DNA of 64,000 nucleotides from Eledone cirrhosa (lineage: Eukaryota), in contig OZ024741.1 of the NCBI GenBank assembly GCA_964016885.1, positions 272,242,001 to 272,306,000 of the forward strand, given 5' to 3'. The position numbers were made by a program, and so were the translations under genes. A model generated the notes under the pieces. It had not been told where the DNA came from. It saw only the letters and a program-made list of their open reading frames with translations, and did not search any database. This document shows positions 10,451 through 24,400 of the stretch, in pieces; within the stretch, counting starts at the first letter, position 1, and each line of letters begins with the position of its first letter.

Positions 10451-13400
10451 ACCTTGAGTCTGTGTCTTGTACTTTAGCCTCTGACTCTCCACTGTCATGG
10501 TGGCACCTTGAGTCTGTGTCTTGTACTTTAGCCTCTGACTGTCCAGTGTCATGGTGGCACCTTGAGTCTGGTTCTTGTACTTTAGCCTCTGACTGTCCAC
10601 TGTTATGGTGGCACCTTGGGTCTGTGTCTTGTACTTTAGCCTCTGACTGTCCAGTGTCATGGTGGCACCTTGAGGCTGTATCTTGTACTTTAGCCTCTGA
10701 GTGTCCATGTCATGGTGGCACCTTGGGTCTGTGTCTTTTTCTTCAGCCTCTGACTGTCCACTGTCATGGTGGCACCTTCAGTCCGTGTCTTGTACTTTAG
10801 CCTCTGACTGTTCACTGTCATGGTGGCACCTTGAGTCTGTGTCTTGTACTTTAGCCTCTGACTGTCCACTGTCATGGTGGCACCTTGAGTCTGTGTCTTC
10901 TACTTTAGCCTCTGACTGTCCACTGTCATGGTGGCACCTTGAGTCTGTGTCTTCTACTTTAGCCTCTGACTGTCCACTGTCATGGTGGCACCTTGAGTAT
11001 GTGTCTTGTACTCTAGCTTCTGACTGTCCACTGTCATGGTGGCACCTTGAGTCTGTGTCTTGTACTTTAGCCTCTGACTGTCCAGTGTCTTGGTGGCACC
11101 TTGCATCTGTCTTATACTTTAGCCTCTGACTGTCCACTGTCATGGTGGCACCTTGGGTCTGTCTTTTACTTTAGCCTCTTACTTGGTGGCACCTTTGGCC
11201 TTGTGTCTGTCTTTTACTTTAGCCTCTGACTGTCCAGTGTCTTGGTGGCACCTTGGGTCTGTATCTTGTACTTTAGCCTCTGACTGTCCACTGTCTTGGT
11301 GGCACCTTGCATCTGTCTTATACTTTAGCCTCTGACTGTCTTGGTGGCACCTTGGGTCTGTGTCTTTTACTTTAGCCTCTGACTGTCCAGTGTCTTGGTA
11401 GTACCTTGGGTCTGTGTCTTGTACTTTAGCCTCTGACTGTCCACTGTCATGGTGCTACCTTGGGTCTGTGTTTTTTACTTTAGCCTCTGACTCTCCACTC
11501 TCATGGTGGCACCTTGAGTCTGGTTCTTGTACTTTAGCCTCTGACTGTCCAGTGTCATGGTGGCACCTTGGGTCTGTGTCTTGTACTTTAGCCTCTGACT
11601 GTCCACTGTCTTGGTGGCACCTTCAGTCTGTGTCTTGTACTTTAGCCTCTGACTCTCCACTGTCATGGTGGCACCTTGAGTCTGTGTCTTGTACTTTTGC
11701 CTCTGACTGTCCACTGTCATGGTGGCACCTTGAGTCTGTGTCTTGTACTTTAGCCTCTGACTGTCCACTGACATGGTGGCACCTTCAGTCTGTGTCTTGT
11801 ACTTTAGCCTCTGACTGTCCACTGTCATGGTGGCACCTTGAGTCTGTGTCTTGTACTTTAGCCTCTGACTGTCCAGTGTCTTGGTGGCACCTTGAGTCTG
11901 TGTCTTGTACTTTAGCTTCTGACTGTCCACTGTCATGGTGGCACCTTGAGTCTGTGTCTTTTACTTTAGCCTCTGACTATCCAGTTTCTTGGTGGCACCT
12001 TGAGTCTGTGTCTTGTACTTTAGCTTCTGACTGTCCACTGACATGGTGGCACCTTGGGTCTGTGTCTTTTACTTTAACCTCTGACTATCCAGTGTCTTGG
12101 TGGCACCTTGGGTCTGTGTCTTGTACTTTAGCCTCTGACTGTCCAGTGTCTTGGTGGCACCTTGCATCTGTCTTATACTTTAGCCTCTGACTGTCCACTG
12201 TCATGGTGGCACCTTGGGTCTGTCTTTTACTTTAGCCTCTTACTTGGTGGCACCTTTGGCCTTGTGTCTGTCTTTTACTTTAGCCTCTGACTGTCCAGTG
12301 TTTTGGTGGCACCTTGGGTCTGTATCTTGTACTTTAGCCTCTGACTGTCCACTGTCTTGGTGGCACCTTGCATCTGTCTTATACTTTAGCCTCTGACTGT
12401 CTTGGTGGCACCTTGGGTCTGTATCTTTTACTTCAGCCTCTGACTGTCCAGTGTCATGGTGGCACCTTGGGTCTGTGTCTTTTACTTTAACCTCTGACTA
12501 TCCAGTGTCTTGGTGGCACCTTGAGTCTGTGTCTTGTACATTAGCTTCTGCCTGTCCACTGTCATGGTGGCACCTTGAGTCTGTGTCTTGTACTTTAGCC
12601 TCTGACTGTCCAGTGTCTTGGTGGCACCTTGCATCTGTCTTATACTTTAGCCTCTGACTGTCCACTGTCATGGTGGCACCTTGGGTCTGTCTTTTACTTT
12701 AGCCTCTTACTTGGTGGCACCTTTGGCCTTGTGTCTGTCTTTTACTTTAGCCTCTGACTGTCCAGTGTCATGGTGGCACCTTGAGGCTGTATCTTGTACT
12801 TTAGCCTCTGAGTGTCCATGTCATGGTGGCACCTTCAGTCTGTGTCTTGTACTTTAGCCTCTGACTGTTCACTGTCATGGTGGCACCTTGAGTCTGTGTC
12901 TTGTACTTTAGCCTCTGACTGTCCACTGTCATGGTGGCACCTTGAGTCTGTGTCTTCTACTTTAGCCTCTGACTGTCCACTGTCATGGTGGCACCTTGAG
13001 TCTGTGTCTTCTACTTTAGCCTCTGACTGTCCACTGTCATGGTGGCACCTTGAGTATGTGTCTTGTACTCTAGCTTCTGACTGTCCACTGTCATGGTGGC
13101 ACCTTGAGTCTGTGTCTTGTACTTTAGCCTCTGACTGTCCAGTGTCTTGGTGGCACCTTGCATCTGTCTTATACTTTAGCCTCTGACTGTCCACTGTCAT
13201 GGTGGCACCTTGGGTCTGTCTTTTACTTTAGCCTCTTACTTGGTGGCACCTTTGGCCTTGTGTCTGTCTTTTACTTTAGCCTCTGACTGTCCAGTGTCTT
13301 GGTGGCACCTTGGGTCTGTATCTTGTACTTTAGCCTCTGACTGTCCACTGTCTTGGTGGCACCTTGCATCTGTCTTATACTTTAGCCTCTGACTGTCTTG

Positions 13401-16400
13401 GTGGCACCTTGGGTCTGTGTCTTTTACTTTAGCCTCTGACTGTCCAGTGTCTTGGTAGTACCTTGGGTCTGTGTCTTGTACTTTAGCCTCTGACTGTCCA
13501 CTGTCATGGTGGTACCTTGGGTCTGTGTTTTTTACTTTAGCCTCTGACTCTCCACTCTCATGGTGGCACCTTGAGTCTGGTTCTTGTACTTTAGCCTCTG
13601 ACTGTCCAGTGTCATGGTGGCACCTTGGGTCTGTGTCTTGTACTTTAGCCTCTGACTGTCCACTGTCTTGGTGGCACCTTCAGTCTGTGTCTTGTACTTT
13701 AGCCTCTGACTCTCCACTGTCATGGTGGCACCTTGAGTCTGTGTCTTGTACTTTAGCCTCTGACTGTCCACTGTCATGGTGGCACCTTGAGTCTGTGTCT
13801 TGTACTTTAGCCTCTGACTGTCCACTGACATGGTGGCACCTTCAGTCTGTGTCTTGTACTTTAGCCTCTGACTGTCCACTGTCATGGTGGCACCTTGAGT
13901 CTGTGTCTTGTACTTTAGCCTCTGACTGTCCAGTGTCTTGGTGGCACCTTGAGTCTGTGTCTTGTACTTTAGCTTCTGACTGTCCACTGTCATGGTGGCA
14001 CCTTGAGTCTGTGTCTTTTACTTTAGCCTCTGACTATCCAGTTTCTTGGTGGCACCTTGAGTCTGTGTCTTGTACTTTAGCTTCTGACTGTCCACTGACA
14101 TGGTGGCACCTTGGGTCTGTGTCTTTTACTTTAACCTTTTACTATCCAGTGTCTTGGTGGCACCTTGGGTCTGTATCTTGTACTCTAGCCTCTGACTGTC
14201 CACTGTCTTGGTGGCACCTTGCATCTGTCTTATACTTTAGCCTCTGACTGTCTTGGTGGCACCTTGGGTCTGTATCTTTTACTTCAGCCTCTGACTGTCC
14301 AGTGTCATGGTGGCACCTTGGGTCTGTGTCTTTTACTTTAACCTCTGACTATCCAGTGTCTTGGTGGCACCTTGAGTCTGTGTCTTGTACATTAGCTTCT
14401 GACTGTCCACTGTCATGGTGGCACCTTGAGTCTGTGTCTTGTACTTTAGCCTCTGACTCTCCACTGTCATGGTGGCACCTTGAGTCTGTGTCTTGTACTT
14501 TAGCCTCTGACTGTCCAGTGTCATGGTGGCACCTTGAGTCTGGTTCTTGTACTTTAGCCTCTGACTGTCCACTGTTATGGTGGCACCTTGGGTCTGTGTC
14601 TTGTACTTTAGCCTCTGACTGTCCAGTGTCATGGTGGCACCTTGAGGCTGTATCTTGTACTTTAGCCTCTGAGTGTCCATGTCATGGTGGCACCTTGGGT
14701 CTGTGTCTTTTTCTTCAGCCTCTGACTGTCCACTGTCATGGTGGCACCTTCAGTCCGTGTCTTGTACTTTAGCCTCTGACTGTTCACTGTCATGGTGGCA
14801 CCTTGAGTCTGTGTCTTGTACTTTAGCCTCTGACTGTCCACTGTCATGGTGGCACCTTGAGTCTGTGTCTTCTACTTTAGCCTCTGACTGTCCACTGTCA
14901 TGGTGGCACCTTGAGTCTGTGTCTTCTACTTTAGCCTCTGACTGTCCACTGTCATGGTGGCACCTTGAGTATGTGTCTTGTACTCTAGCTTCTGACTGTC
15001 CACTGTCATGGTGGCACCTTGAGTCTGTGTCTTGTACTTTAGCCTCTGACTGTCCAGTGTCTTGGTGGGACCTTGCATCTGTCTTATACTTTAGCCTCTG
15101 ACTGTCCACTGTCATGGTGGCACCTTGGGTCTGTCTTTTACTTTAGCCTCTTACTTGGTGGCACCTTTGGCCTTGTGTCTGTCTTTTACTTTAGCCTCTG
15201 ACTGTCCAGTGTCTTGGTGGCACCTTGGGTCTGTATCTTGTACTTTAGCCTCTGACTGTCCACTGTCTTGGTGGCACCTTGCATCTGTCTTATACTTTAG
15301 CCTCTGACTGTCTTGGTGGCACCTTGGGTCTGTGTCTTTTACTTTAGCCTCTGACTGTCCAGTGTCTTGGTAGTACCTTGGGTCTGTGTCTTGTACTTTA
15401 GCCTCTGACTGTCCACTGTCATGGTGCTACCTTGGGTCTGTGTTTTTTACTTTAGCCTCTGACTCTCCACTCTCATGGTGGCACCTTGAGTCTGGTTCTT
15501 GTACTTTAGCCTCTGACTGTCCAGTGTCATGGTGGCACCTTGGGTCTGTGTCTTGTACTTTAGCCTCTGACTGTCCACTGTCTTGGTGGCACCTTCAGTC
15601 TGTGTCTTGTACTTTAGCCTCTGACTCTCCACTGTCATGGTGGCACCTTGAGTCTGTGTCTTGTACTTTTGCCTCTGACTGTCCACTGTCATGGTGGCAC
15701 CTTGAGTCTGTGTCTTGTACTTTAGCCTCTGACTGTCCACTGACATGGTGGCACCTTCAGTCTGTGTCTTGTACTTTAGCCTCTGACTGTCCACTGTCAT
15801 GGTGGCACCTTGAGTCTGTGTCTTGTACTTTAGCCTCTGACTGTCCAGTGTCTTGGTGGCACCTTGAGTCTGTGTCTTGTACTTTAGCTTCTGACTGTCC
15901 ACTGTCATGGTGGCACCTTGAGTCTGTGTCTTTTACTTTAGCCTCTGACTATCCAGTTTCTTGGTGGCACCTTGAGTCTGTGTCTTGTACTTTAGCTTCT
16001 GACTGTCCACTGACATGGTGGCACCTTGGGTCTGTGTCTTTTACTTTAACCTCTGACTATCCAGTGTCTTGGTGGCACCTTGGGTCTGTGTCTTGTACTT
16101 TAGCCTCTGACTGTCCAGTGTCTTGGTGGCACCTTGCATCTGTCTTATACTTTAGCCTCTGACTGTCCACTGTCATGGTGGCACCTTGGGTCTGTCTTTT
16201 ACTTTAGCCTCTTACTTGGTGGCACCTTTGGCCTTGTGTCTGTCTTTTACTTTAGCCTCTGACTGTCCAGTGTTTTGGTGGCACCTTGGGTCTGTATCTT
16301 GTACTTTAGCCTCTGACTGTCCACTGTCTTGGTGGCACCTTGCATCTGTCTTATACTTTAGCCTCTGACTGTCTTGGTGGCACCTTGGGTCTGTATCTTT

Positions 16401-18430
16401 TACTTCAGCCTCTGACTGTCCAGTGTCATGGTGGCACCTTGGGTCTGTGTCTTTTACTTTAACCTCTGACTATCCAGTGTCTTGGTGGCACCTTGAGTCT
16501 GTGTCTTGTACATTAGCTTCTGCCTGTCCACTGTCATGGTGGCACCTTGAGTCTGTGTCTTGTACTTTAGCCTCTGACTGTCCAGTGTCTTGGTGGCACC
16601 TTGCATCTGTCTTATACTTTAGCCTCTGACTGTCCACTGTCATGGTGGCACCTTGGGTCTGTCTTTTACTTTAGCCTCTTACTTGGTGGCACCTTTGGCC
16701 TTGTGTCTGTCTTTTACTTTAGCCTCTGACTGTCCAGTGTCATGGTGGCACCTTGAGGCTGTATCTTGTACTTTAGCCTCTGAGTGTCCATGTCATGGTG
16801 GCACCTTCAGTCTGTGTCTTGTACTTTAGCCTCTGACTGTTCACTGTCATGGTGGCACCTTGAGTCTGTGTCTTGTACTTTAGCCTCTGACTGTCCACTG
16901 TCATGGTGGCACCTTGAGTCTGTGTCTTCTACTTTAGCCTCTGACTGTCCACTGTCATGGTGGCACCTTGAGTCTGTGTCTTCTACTTTAGCCTCTGACT
17001 GTCCACTGTCATGGTGGCACCTTGAGTATGTGTCTTGTACTCTAGCTTCTGACTGTCCACTGTCATGGTGGCACCTTGAGTCTGTGTCTTGTACTTTAGC
17101 CTCTGACTGTCCAGTGTCTTGGTGGCACCTTGCATCTGTCTTATACTTTAGCCTCTGACTGTCCACTGTCATGGTGGCACCTTGGGTCTGTCTTTTACTT
17201 TAGCCTCTTACTTGGTGGCACCTTTGGCCTTGTGTCTGTCTTTTACTTTAGCCTCTGACTGTCCAGTGTCTTGGTGGCACCTTGGGTCTGTATCTTGTAC
17301 TTTAGCCTCTGACTGTCCACTGTCTTGGTGGCACCTTGCATCTGTCTTATACTTTAGCCTCTGACTGTCTTGGTGGCACCTTGGGTCTGTGTCTTTTACT
17401 TTAGCCTCTGACTGTCCAGTGTCTTGGTAGTACCTTGGGTCTGTGTCTTGTACTTTAGCCTCTGACTGTCCACTGTCATGGTGGTACCTTGGGTCTGTGT
17501 TTTTTACTTTAGCCTCTGACTCTCCACTCTCATGGTGGCACCTTGAGTCTGGTTCTTGTACTTTAGCCTCTGACTGTCCAGTGTCATGGTGGCACCTTGG
17601 GTCTGTGTCTTGTACTTTAGCCTCTGACTGTCCACTGTCTTGGTGGCACCTTCAGTCTGTGTCTTGTACTTTAGCCTCTGACTCTCCACTGTCATGGTGG
17701 CACCTTGAGTCTGTGTCTTGTACTTTAGCCTCTGACTGTCCACTGTCATGGTGGCACCTTGAGTCTGTGTCTTGTACTTTAGCCTCTGACTGTCCACTGA
17801 CATGGTGGCACCTTCAGTCTGTGTCTTGTACTTTAGCCTCTGACTGTCCACTGTCATGGTGGCACCTTGAGTCTGTGTCTTGTACTTTAGCCTCTGACTG
17901 TCCAGTGTCTTGGTGGCACCTTGAGTCTGTGTCTTGTACTTTAGCTTCTGACTGTCCACTGTCATGGTGGCACCTTGAGTCTGTGTCTTTTACTTTAGCC
18001 TCTGACTATCCAGTTTCTTGGTGGCACCTTGAGTCTGTGTCTTGTACTTTAGCTTCTGACTGTCCACTGACATGGTGGCACCTTGGGTCTGTGTCTTTTA
18101 CTTTAACCTTTTACTATCCAGTGTCTTGGTGGCACCTTGGGTCTGTATCTTGTACTCTAGCCTCTGACTGTCCACTGTCTTGGTGGCACCTTGCATCTGT
18201 CTTATACTTTAGCCTCTGACTGTCTTGGTGGCACCTTGGGTCTGTATCTTTTACTTCAGCCTCTGACTGTCCAGTGTCATGGTGGCACCTTGGGTCTGTG
18301 TCTTTTACTTTAACCTCTGACTATCCAGTGTCTTGGTGGCACCTTGAGTCTGTGTCTTGTACATTAGCTTCTGACTGTCCACTGTCATGGTGGCACCTTG
18401 AGTCTGTGTCTTGTACTTTAGCCTCTGACT
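10451..18430 (+). repeat. Near-identical 3,972-bp tandem higher-order duplication (2 copies), itself built of ~2,057 + ~1,915 bp subunits
   Basis: Matching ORFs at a constant 3,972 offset: 10701/14673, 11414/15386, 12214/16186, 12812/16784, 13471/17443, 14302/18274. Rare variants are shared (tgctacc, tctgcctg, ttttacta). Confidence 0.9.
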
Positions 18431-21400
18431 GTCCAGTGTCTTGGTGGCACCTTGCATCTGTCTTATACTTTAGCCTCTGACTGTCCACTGTCATGGTGGC
18501 ACCTTGGGTCTGTCTTTTACTTTAGCCTCTTACTTGGTGGCACCTTTGGCCTTGTGTCTGTCTTTTACTTTAGCCTCTGACTGTCCAGTGTCTTGGTGGC
18601 ACCTTGGGTCTGTATCTTGTACTTTAGCCTCTGACTGTCCACTGTCTTGGTGGCACCTTGCATCTGTCTTATACTTTACCCTCTGACTGTCTTGGTGGCA
18701 CCTTGGGTCTGTATATTTTACTTTAGCCTCTGACTGTCCAGTGTCTTCGTGGCACCTTGGGTCTGTGTCTTTTACTTTAGCCTCTGACTGTCCAGTGTCT
18801 TGGTGGCACCTTGGGTCTGTGTCTTGTACTTTAGCCTCTGACTGTCCACTGTCATGTTGTTCCCTTGGGTCTGTGTTTTTTACTTTAGCCTCTGACTCTC
18901 CACTGTCATGGTGGCACCTTGAGTCTGTGTCTTGTACTTTAGCCTCTGACTGTCCACTGTCATGGTGGCATCTTGAGTCTGTGTCTTGTACTTTAGTCTA
19001 TGACTGTCCACTGTCATGGTGGCACCCTGAGTCTGTGTCTTGTACTTTAGCCTCTGACTCTCCACTGTCATGGTGGCAGCTTGAGTCTGTGTCTTGTACT
19101 TTAGCCTCTGACTGTCCACTGTCATGGTGGCACCTTGAGTCTGTGTCTTTTACTTTAGTCTCTGACTGTCCAGTGTCATGGTGGCACCTTGAGTCTGTGT
19201 TTTGTACTTTAGCCTCTGACTGTTCACTGTCTTGGTGGCACCTTGAGCCTGTGTCTTGTACTTTAGCCTCTGACTGTCCACTGTCATGGTGGCATCTTGA
19301 GTCTGTGTCTTGTACTTTAGTCTGTGATTGTCCACTGTCATGGTGGCACCTTGAGTCTGTGTCTTGTACTTTAGCCTCTGACTGTCCACTGTCATTGTGG
19401 GTCCTTGAATGTGTGTCTTGTACTTTAGCCTCTGACTGTCCACTGTCATGGTGGCACCTTGAGTCTGTGTCTTTTTCTTCAGCCTCTGACTGTCCACTGT
19501 CTTGGTGGTACCTTGAGTCTGTGTCTTGTACTTTAGCCTCTGACTGTCCACTGTCATGGTGGGTCCTTGAATCTGTGTCTTGTACTTTAGCCTCTGACTG
19601 TCCACTGTCATGGTGGCACCTTGAGTCTGTGTTTTGTACTTTAGCCTCTGACTGTCCAGTGTCATGGTGGCACCTTGAGTCTGTGTTTTGTACTTTAGCC
19701 CCTGACCGTTCACTGTCATGGTGGCACTTTGAGTCTGTGTCTTGTACTTTAGCCTCTGACTGTCCACTGTCATGGTGGCACCTTGAGTCTGTCTTGTACT
19801 TTAGCCTCTGACTGTCCACTGTCTTGGTGGTACCTTGAGTCTGTGTCTTGTACTTTAGCCTCTGACTCTCCACTGTCATGGTGGCACCTTGAGTCTGTGT
19901 CTTGTACTTTAGACTCTGACTGTCCAGTGTAATGGTGGCACCTTGAGTCTGTGTCTTGTACTTTAGCCTCTGACTGTCCAGTGTCATGGTGGCACCTTGA
20001 GTCTGGTTCTTGTACTTTAGCCTCTGACTGTCCACTGTTATGGTGGCACCTTGGGTCTGTGTCTTGTACTTTAGCCTCTGACTGTCCAGTGTCATGGTGG
20101 CACCTTGAGGCTGTATCTTGTACTTTAGCCTCTGAGTGTCCATGTCATGGTGGCACCTTGGGTCTGTGTCTTTTTCTTCAGCCTCTGACTGTCCACTGTC
20201 ATGGTGGCACCTTCAGTCTGTGTCTTGTACTTTAGCCTCTGACTGTTCACTGTCATGGTGGCACCTTGAGTCTGTGTCTTGTACTTTAGCCTCTGACTGT
20301 CCACTGTCATGGTGGCACCTTGAGTCTGTGTCTTCTACTTTAGCCTCTGACTGTCCACTGTCATGGTGGCACCTTGAGTCTGTGTCTTCTACTTTAGCCT
20401 CTGACTGTCCACTGTCATGGTGGCACCTTGAGTATGTGTCTTGTACTCTAGCTTCTGACTGTCCACTGTCATGGTGGCACCTTGAGTCTGTGTCTTGTAC
20501 TTTAGCCTCTGACTGTCCAGTGTCTTGGTGGCACCTTGGGTCTGTATCTTGTACTTTAGCCTCTGACTGTCCACTGTCTTGGTGGCACCTTGCATCTGTC
20601 TTATACTTTAGCCTCTGACTGTCTTGGTGGCACCTTGGGTCTGTGTCTTGTACTTTAGCCTCTGACTGTCCACTGTCATGGTGGTACCTTGGGTCTGTGT
20701 TTTTTACTTTAGCCTCTGACTCCCCACTCTCATGGTGGCACCTTGAGTCTGTGTCTTGTACTTTAGCCTCTGACTGTCCACTGTCATGGTGGCACCTTGG
20801 GTCTGGTTCTTGTACTTTAGCCTCTGACTGTCCAGTGTCATGGTGGCACCTTGGGTCTGTGTCTTGTACTTTAGCCTCTGACTGTCCACTGTCTTGGTGG
20901 CACCTTCAGTCTGTGTCTTGTACTTTAGCCTCTGACTCTCCACTGTCATGGTGGCACCTTGGGTCTGGTTCTTGTACTTTAGCCTCTGAATCTCCAGTGT
21001 CATGGTGGCACCTTGAGTCTGTGTTTTGTACTTTGGCCTCTGACTGTTCACTATCATGATGGCACCTTGAGTCTGTGTCATGTACTTTAGCCTCTGACTG
21101 TCCACTGTCATGGTGGACTCTTGAGTCTGTGTCTTGTACTTTAGTCTATGACTGTCCACTGTCATGGTGGCACCCTGAGCCTGTGTCTTGTACTTTAGCC
21201 TCTGACTGTCCACTGTCATGGTGGGTCCTTGAATCTGTGTCTTGTACTTTAGCCTCTGACTGTCCACTATCATGGTGGCACCTTGAGTCTGTGTTTTGTA
21301 CTTTAGCCTCTGACTGTTCACTGTCATGGTGGCATCCTGAGTCTGTGTCTTGTACTTTAGCCTCTGACTGTCCATTGTCTTGGTGGCACCTTGGGTCCGT

Positions 21401-24400
21401 GTCTTTTTCTTCAGCCTCTGACTGCCCACTGTCATCGTGGCACCTTGGGTTTGTGTCTTTTTCTTCAGCCTCTGACTGTCCATTGTCTTGGTGGGACCTT
21501 GAGCCTGTGTCTTGTACTTTAGCCTCTGACTGTCCATTGTCTTGGTGGCACCTTGGGTCCGTGTCTTTTTCTTCAGCCTCTGACTGTCCAGTGTCTTGGT
21601 GGCACCTTGGGTCTGTGTCTTTTACTTTAGCCTCTGACTGTCCAGTGTCTTGGTGGCACCTTTGGTCTGTTTCTTTTACTTTAGCCTCTGACTGTCCTGT
21701 GTCTTGGTGGCACCTTGGGTCTGTGTCTTGTACTTTAGCCTCTGACTGTCCACTGTCTTAGTGGCACTTTTCATCTGTCTTATACTTTAGCCTCTGACTG
21801 TCTTTGTGGCACCTTGGGTCTGTGTTGTTTACTTTAGCCTCTGACTGTCCACTGTCTTGGTGGCTCCTTGGTCTGTCTTTTACTTTAGCCTCTGACTGTC
21901 CAGTGTTTTGGTGGCACCTTGGATCTGTGTCTTTTACTTTAGACTCCGACTGTCCAGTGTCTTGGTGGCACCTTGAGTCTGTGTCTTCTACTTTAGCCTC
22001 TGACTGTCCACTGTCATGGTGGCACCTTGAGTCTGTGTCTTCTACTTTAGCCTTTGACTGTCCACTGTCATGGTGGCACCTTGAGTATGTGTCTTGTACT
22101 TTAGCTTCTGATTGTCCACTGTCATGGTGGCACCTTGAGTCTGTGTCTTGTACTTTAGCCTCTGACTGTCCAGTGTCTTGGTGGCACCTTGCATCTGTCT
22201 TATACTTTAGCCTCTGACTGTCCACTGTCATGGTGGCACCTTGGGTCTGTCTTTTACTTTAGCCTCTTACTTGGTGGCACCTTTGGCCTTGTGTCTGTCT
22301 TTTACTTTAGCCTCTGACTGTCCAGTGCCTTGGTGGCACCTTGGGTCTGTATCTTGTACTTTAGCCTCTGACTGTCCACTGTCTTGGTGGCACCTTGCAT
22401 CTGTCTTATACTTTAGCCTCTGACTGTCTTGGTGGCACCTTGGGTCTGTGTCTTTTACTTTAGCCTCTGACTGTCCAGTGTCTTGGTAGTACCTTGGGTC
22501 TGTGTCTTGTACTTTAGCCTCTGACTGTCCACTGTCATGGTGGTACCTTGAGTCTGTGTCTTGTACTTTCGACTCTGACTGTCCATTGTAATGGTGGCAC
22601 CTTGAGTCTATGTCTTGTACTTTAGCCTCTGACTGTCCAGTGTCATGGTGGAACCTTGAGTCTGGTTCTTGTACTTTAGCCTCTGACTGTCCACTGTTAT
22701 GGTGGCACCTTGGGTCTGTGTCTTGTACTTTAGCCTCTGACTGTCCAGTGTCATGGTGGCACCTTGAGGCTGTATCTTGTACTTTAGCCTCTGAGTGTCC
22801 ATGTCATGGTGGCACCTTGGGTCTGTGTCTTTTTCTTCAGCCTCTGACTGTCCACTGTCATGGTGGCACCTTGAGTATGTGTCTTGTACTTTAGCTTCTG
22901 ACTGTCCACTGTCATGGTGGCACCTTGAGTCTGTGTCTTGTACTTTAGCCTCTGACTGTCCAGTGTCTTGGTGGCACCTTGCATCTGTCTTATACTTTAG
23001 CCTCTGACTGTCCACTGTCATGGTGGTACCTTGGGTCTGTCTTTTACTTTAGCTTCTTACTTGGTGGCACCTTAGGCCTTGTGTCTGTCTTTTACTTTAG
23101 CCTCTGACTGTCCAGTGTCTTGGTGGCACCTTGGGTCTGTATCTTGTACTTTAGCCTCTGACTGTCCAGTGTCTTTGTGGCACCTTGGGTCTGTGTCTTT
23201 TACTTTAGCCTCTGACTGTCCAGTGTCTTGGTGGCACCTTGGGTCTGTGTCTTGTACTTTAGCCTCTGACTGTCCACTGTCATGGTGGTACCTTGGGTCT
23301 GTGTTTTTTACTTTAGCCTCTGACTCTCCACTGTCATGGTGGCACCTTGAGTCTGTGTCTTGTACTTTAGCCTCTGACTGTCCACTGTCATGGTGGCATC
23401 TTGAGTCTGTGTCTTGTACTTTAGTCTATGACTGTCCACTGTCATGGTGGCACCCTGAGTCTGTGTCTTGTACTTTAGCCTCTGACTGTCCACTGTCATG
23501 GTGGCAGCTTGAGTCTGTGTCTTGTACTTTAGCCTCTGACTGTCCACTGGCATGGTGGCACCTTGAGTCTGTGTCTTTTACTTTAGTCTCTGACTGTCCA
23601 GTGTCATGGTGGCACCTTGAGTCTGTGTTTTGTACTTTAGCCTCTGACTGTCCACTGTCTTGGTGGTACCTTGAGTCTGTGTCTTGTACTTTAGCCTCTG
23701 ACTCTCCACTGTCATGGTGGCACCTTGAGTCTGTGTCTTGTACTTTAGACTCTGACTGTCCAGTGTAATGGTGGCACCTTGAGTCTGTGTCTTGTACTTT
23801 AGCTTCTGACTGTCCAGTGTCATGGTGGCACCTTGAGTCTGGTTCTTGTACTTTAGCCTCTGACTGTCCACTGTCATGGTGGCACCTTGAGTCTGTGTTT
23901 TGTACTTTAGCCTCTGACTGTCCAGTGTCATGGTGGCACCTTGAGTCTGTGTTTTGTACTTTAGCCCCTGACTGTTCACTGTCATGGTGGCACCTTGAGT
24001 CTGTGTCTTGTACTTTAGCCTCTGACTGTCCACTGTCATGGTGGCACCTTGAGTCTGTCTTGTACTTTAGCCTCTGACTGTCCACTGTCTTGGTGGTACC
24101 TTGAGTCTGTGTCTTGTACTTTAGCCTCTGACTCTCCACTGTCATGGTGGCACCTTGAGTCTGTGTCTTGTACTTTAGACTCTGACTGTCCAGTGTAATG
24201 GTGGCACCTTGAGTCTGTGTCTTGTACTTTAGCCTCTGACTGTCCAGTGTCATGGTGGCACCTTGAGTCTGGTTCTTGTACTTTAGCCTCTGACTGTCCA
24301 CTGTTATGGTGGCACCTTGGGTCTGTGTCTTGTACTTTAGCCTCTGACTGTCCAGTGTCATGGTGGCACCTTGAGGCTGTATCTTGTACTTTAGCCTCTG

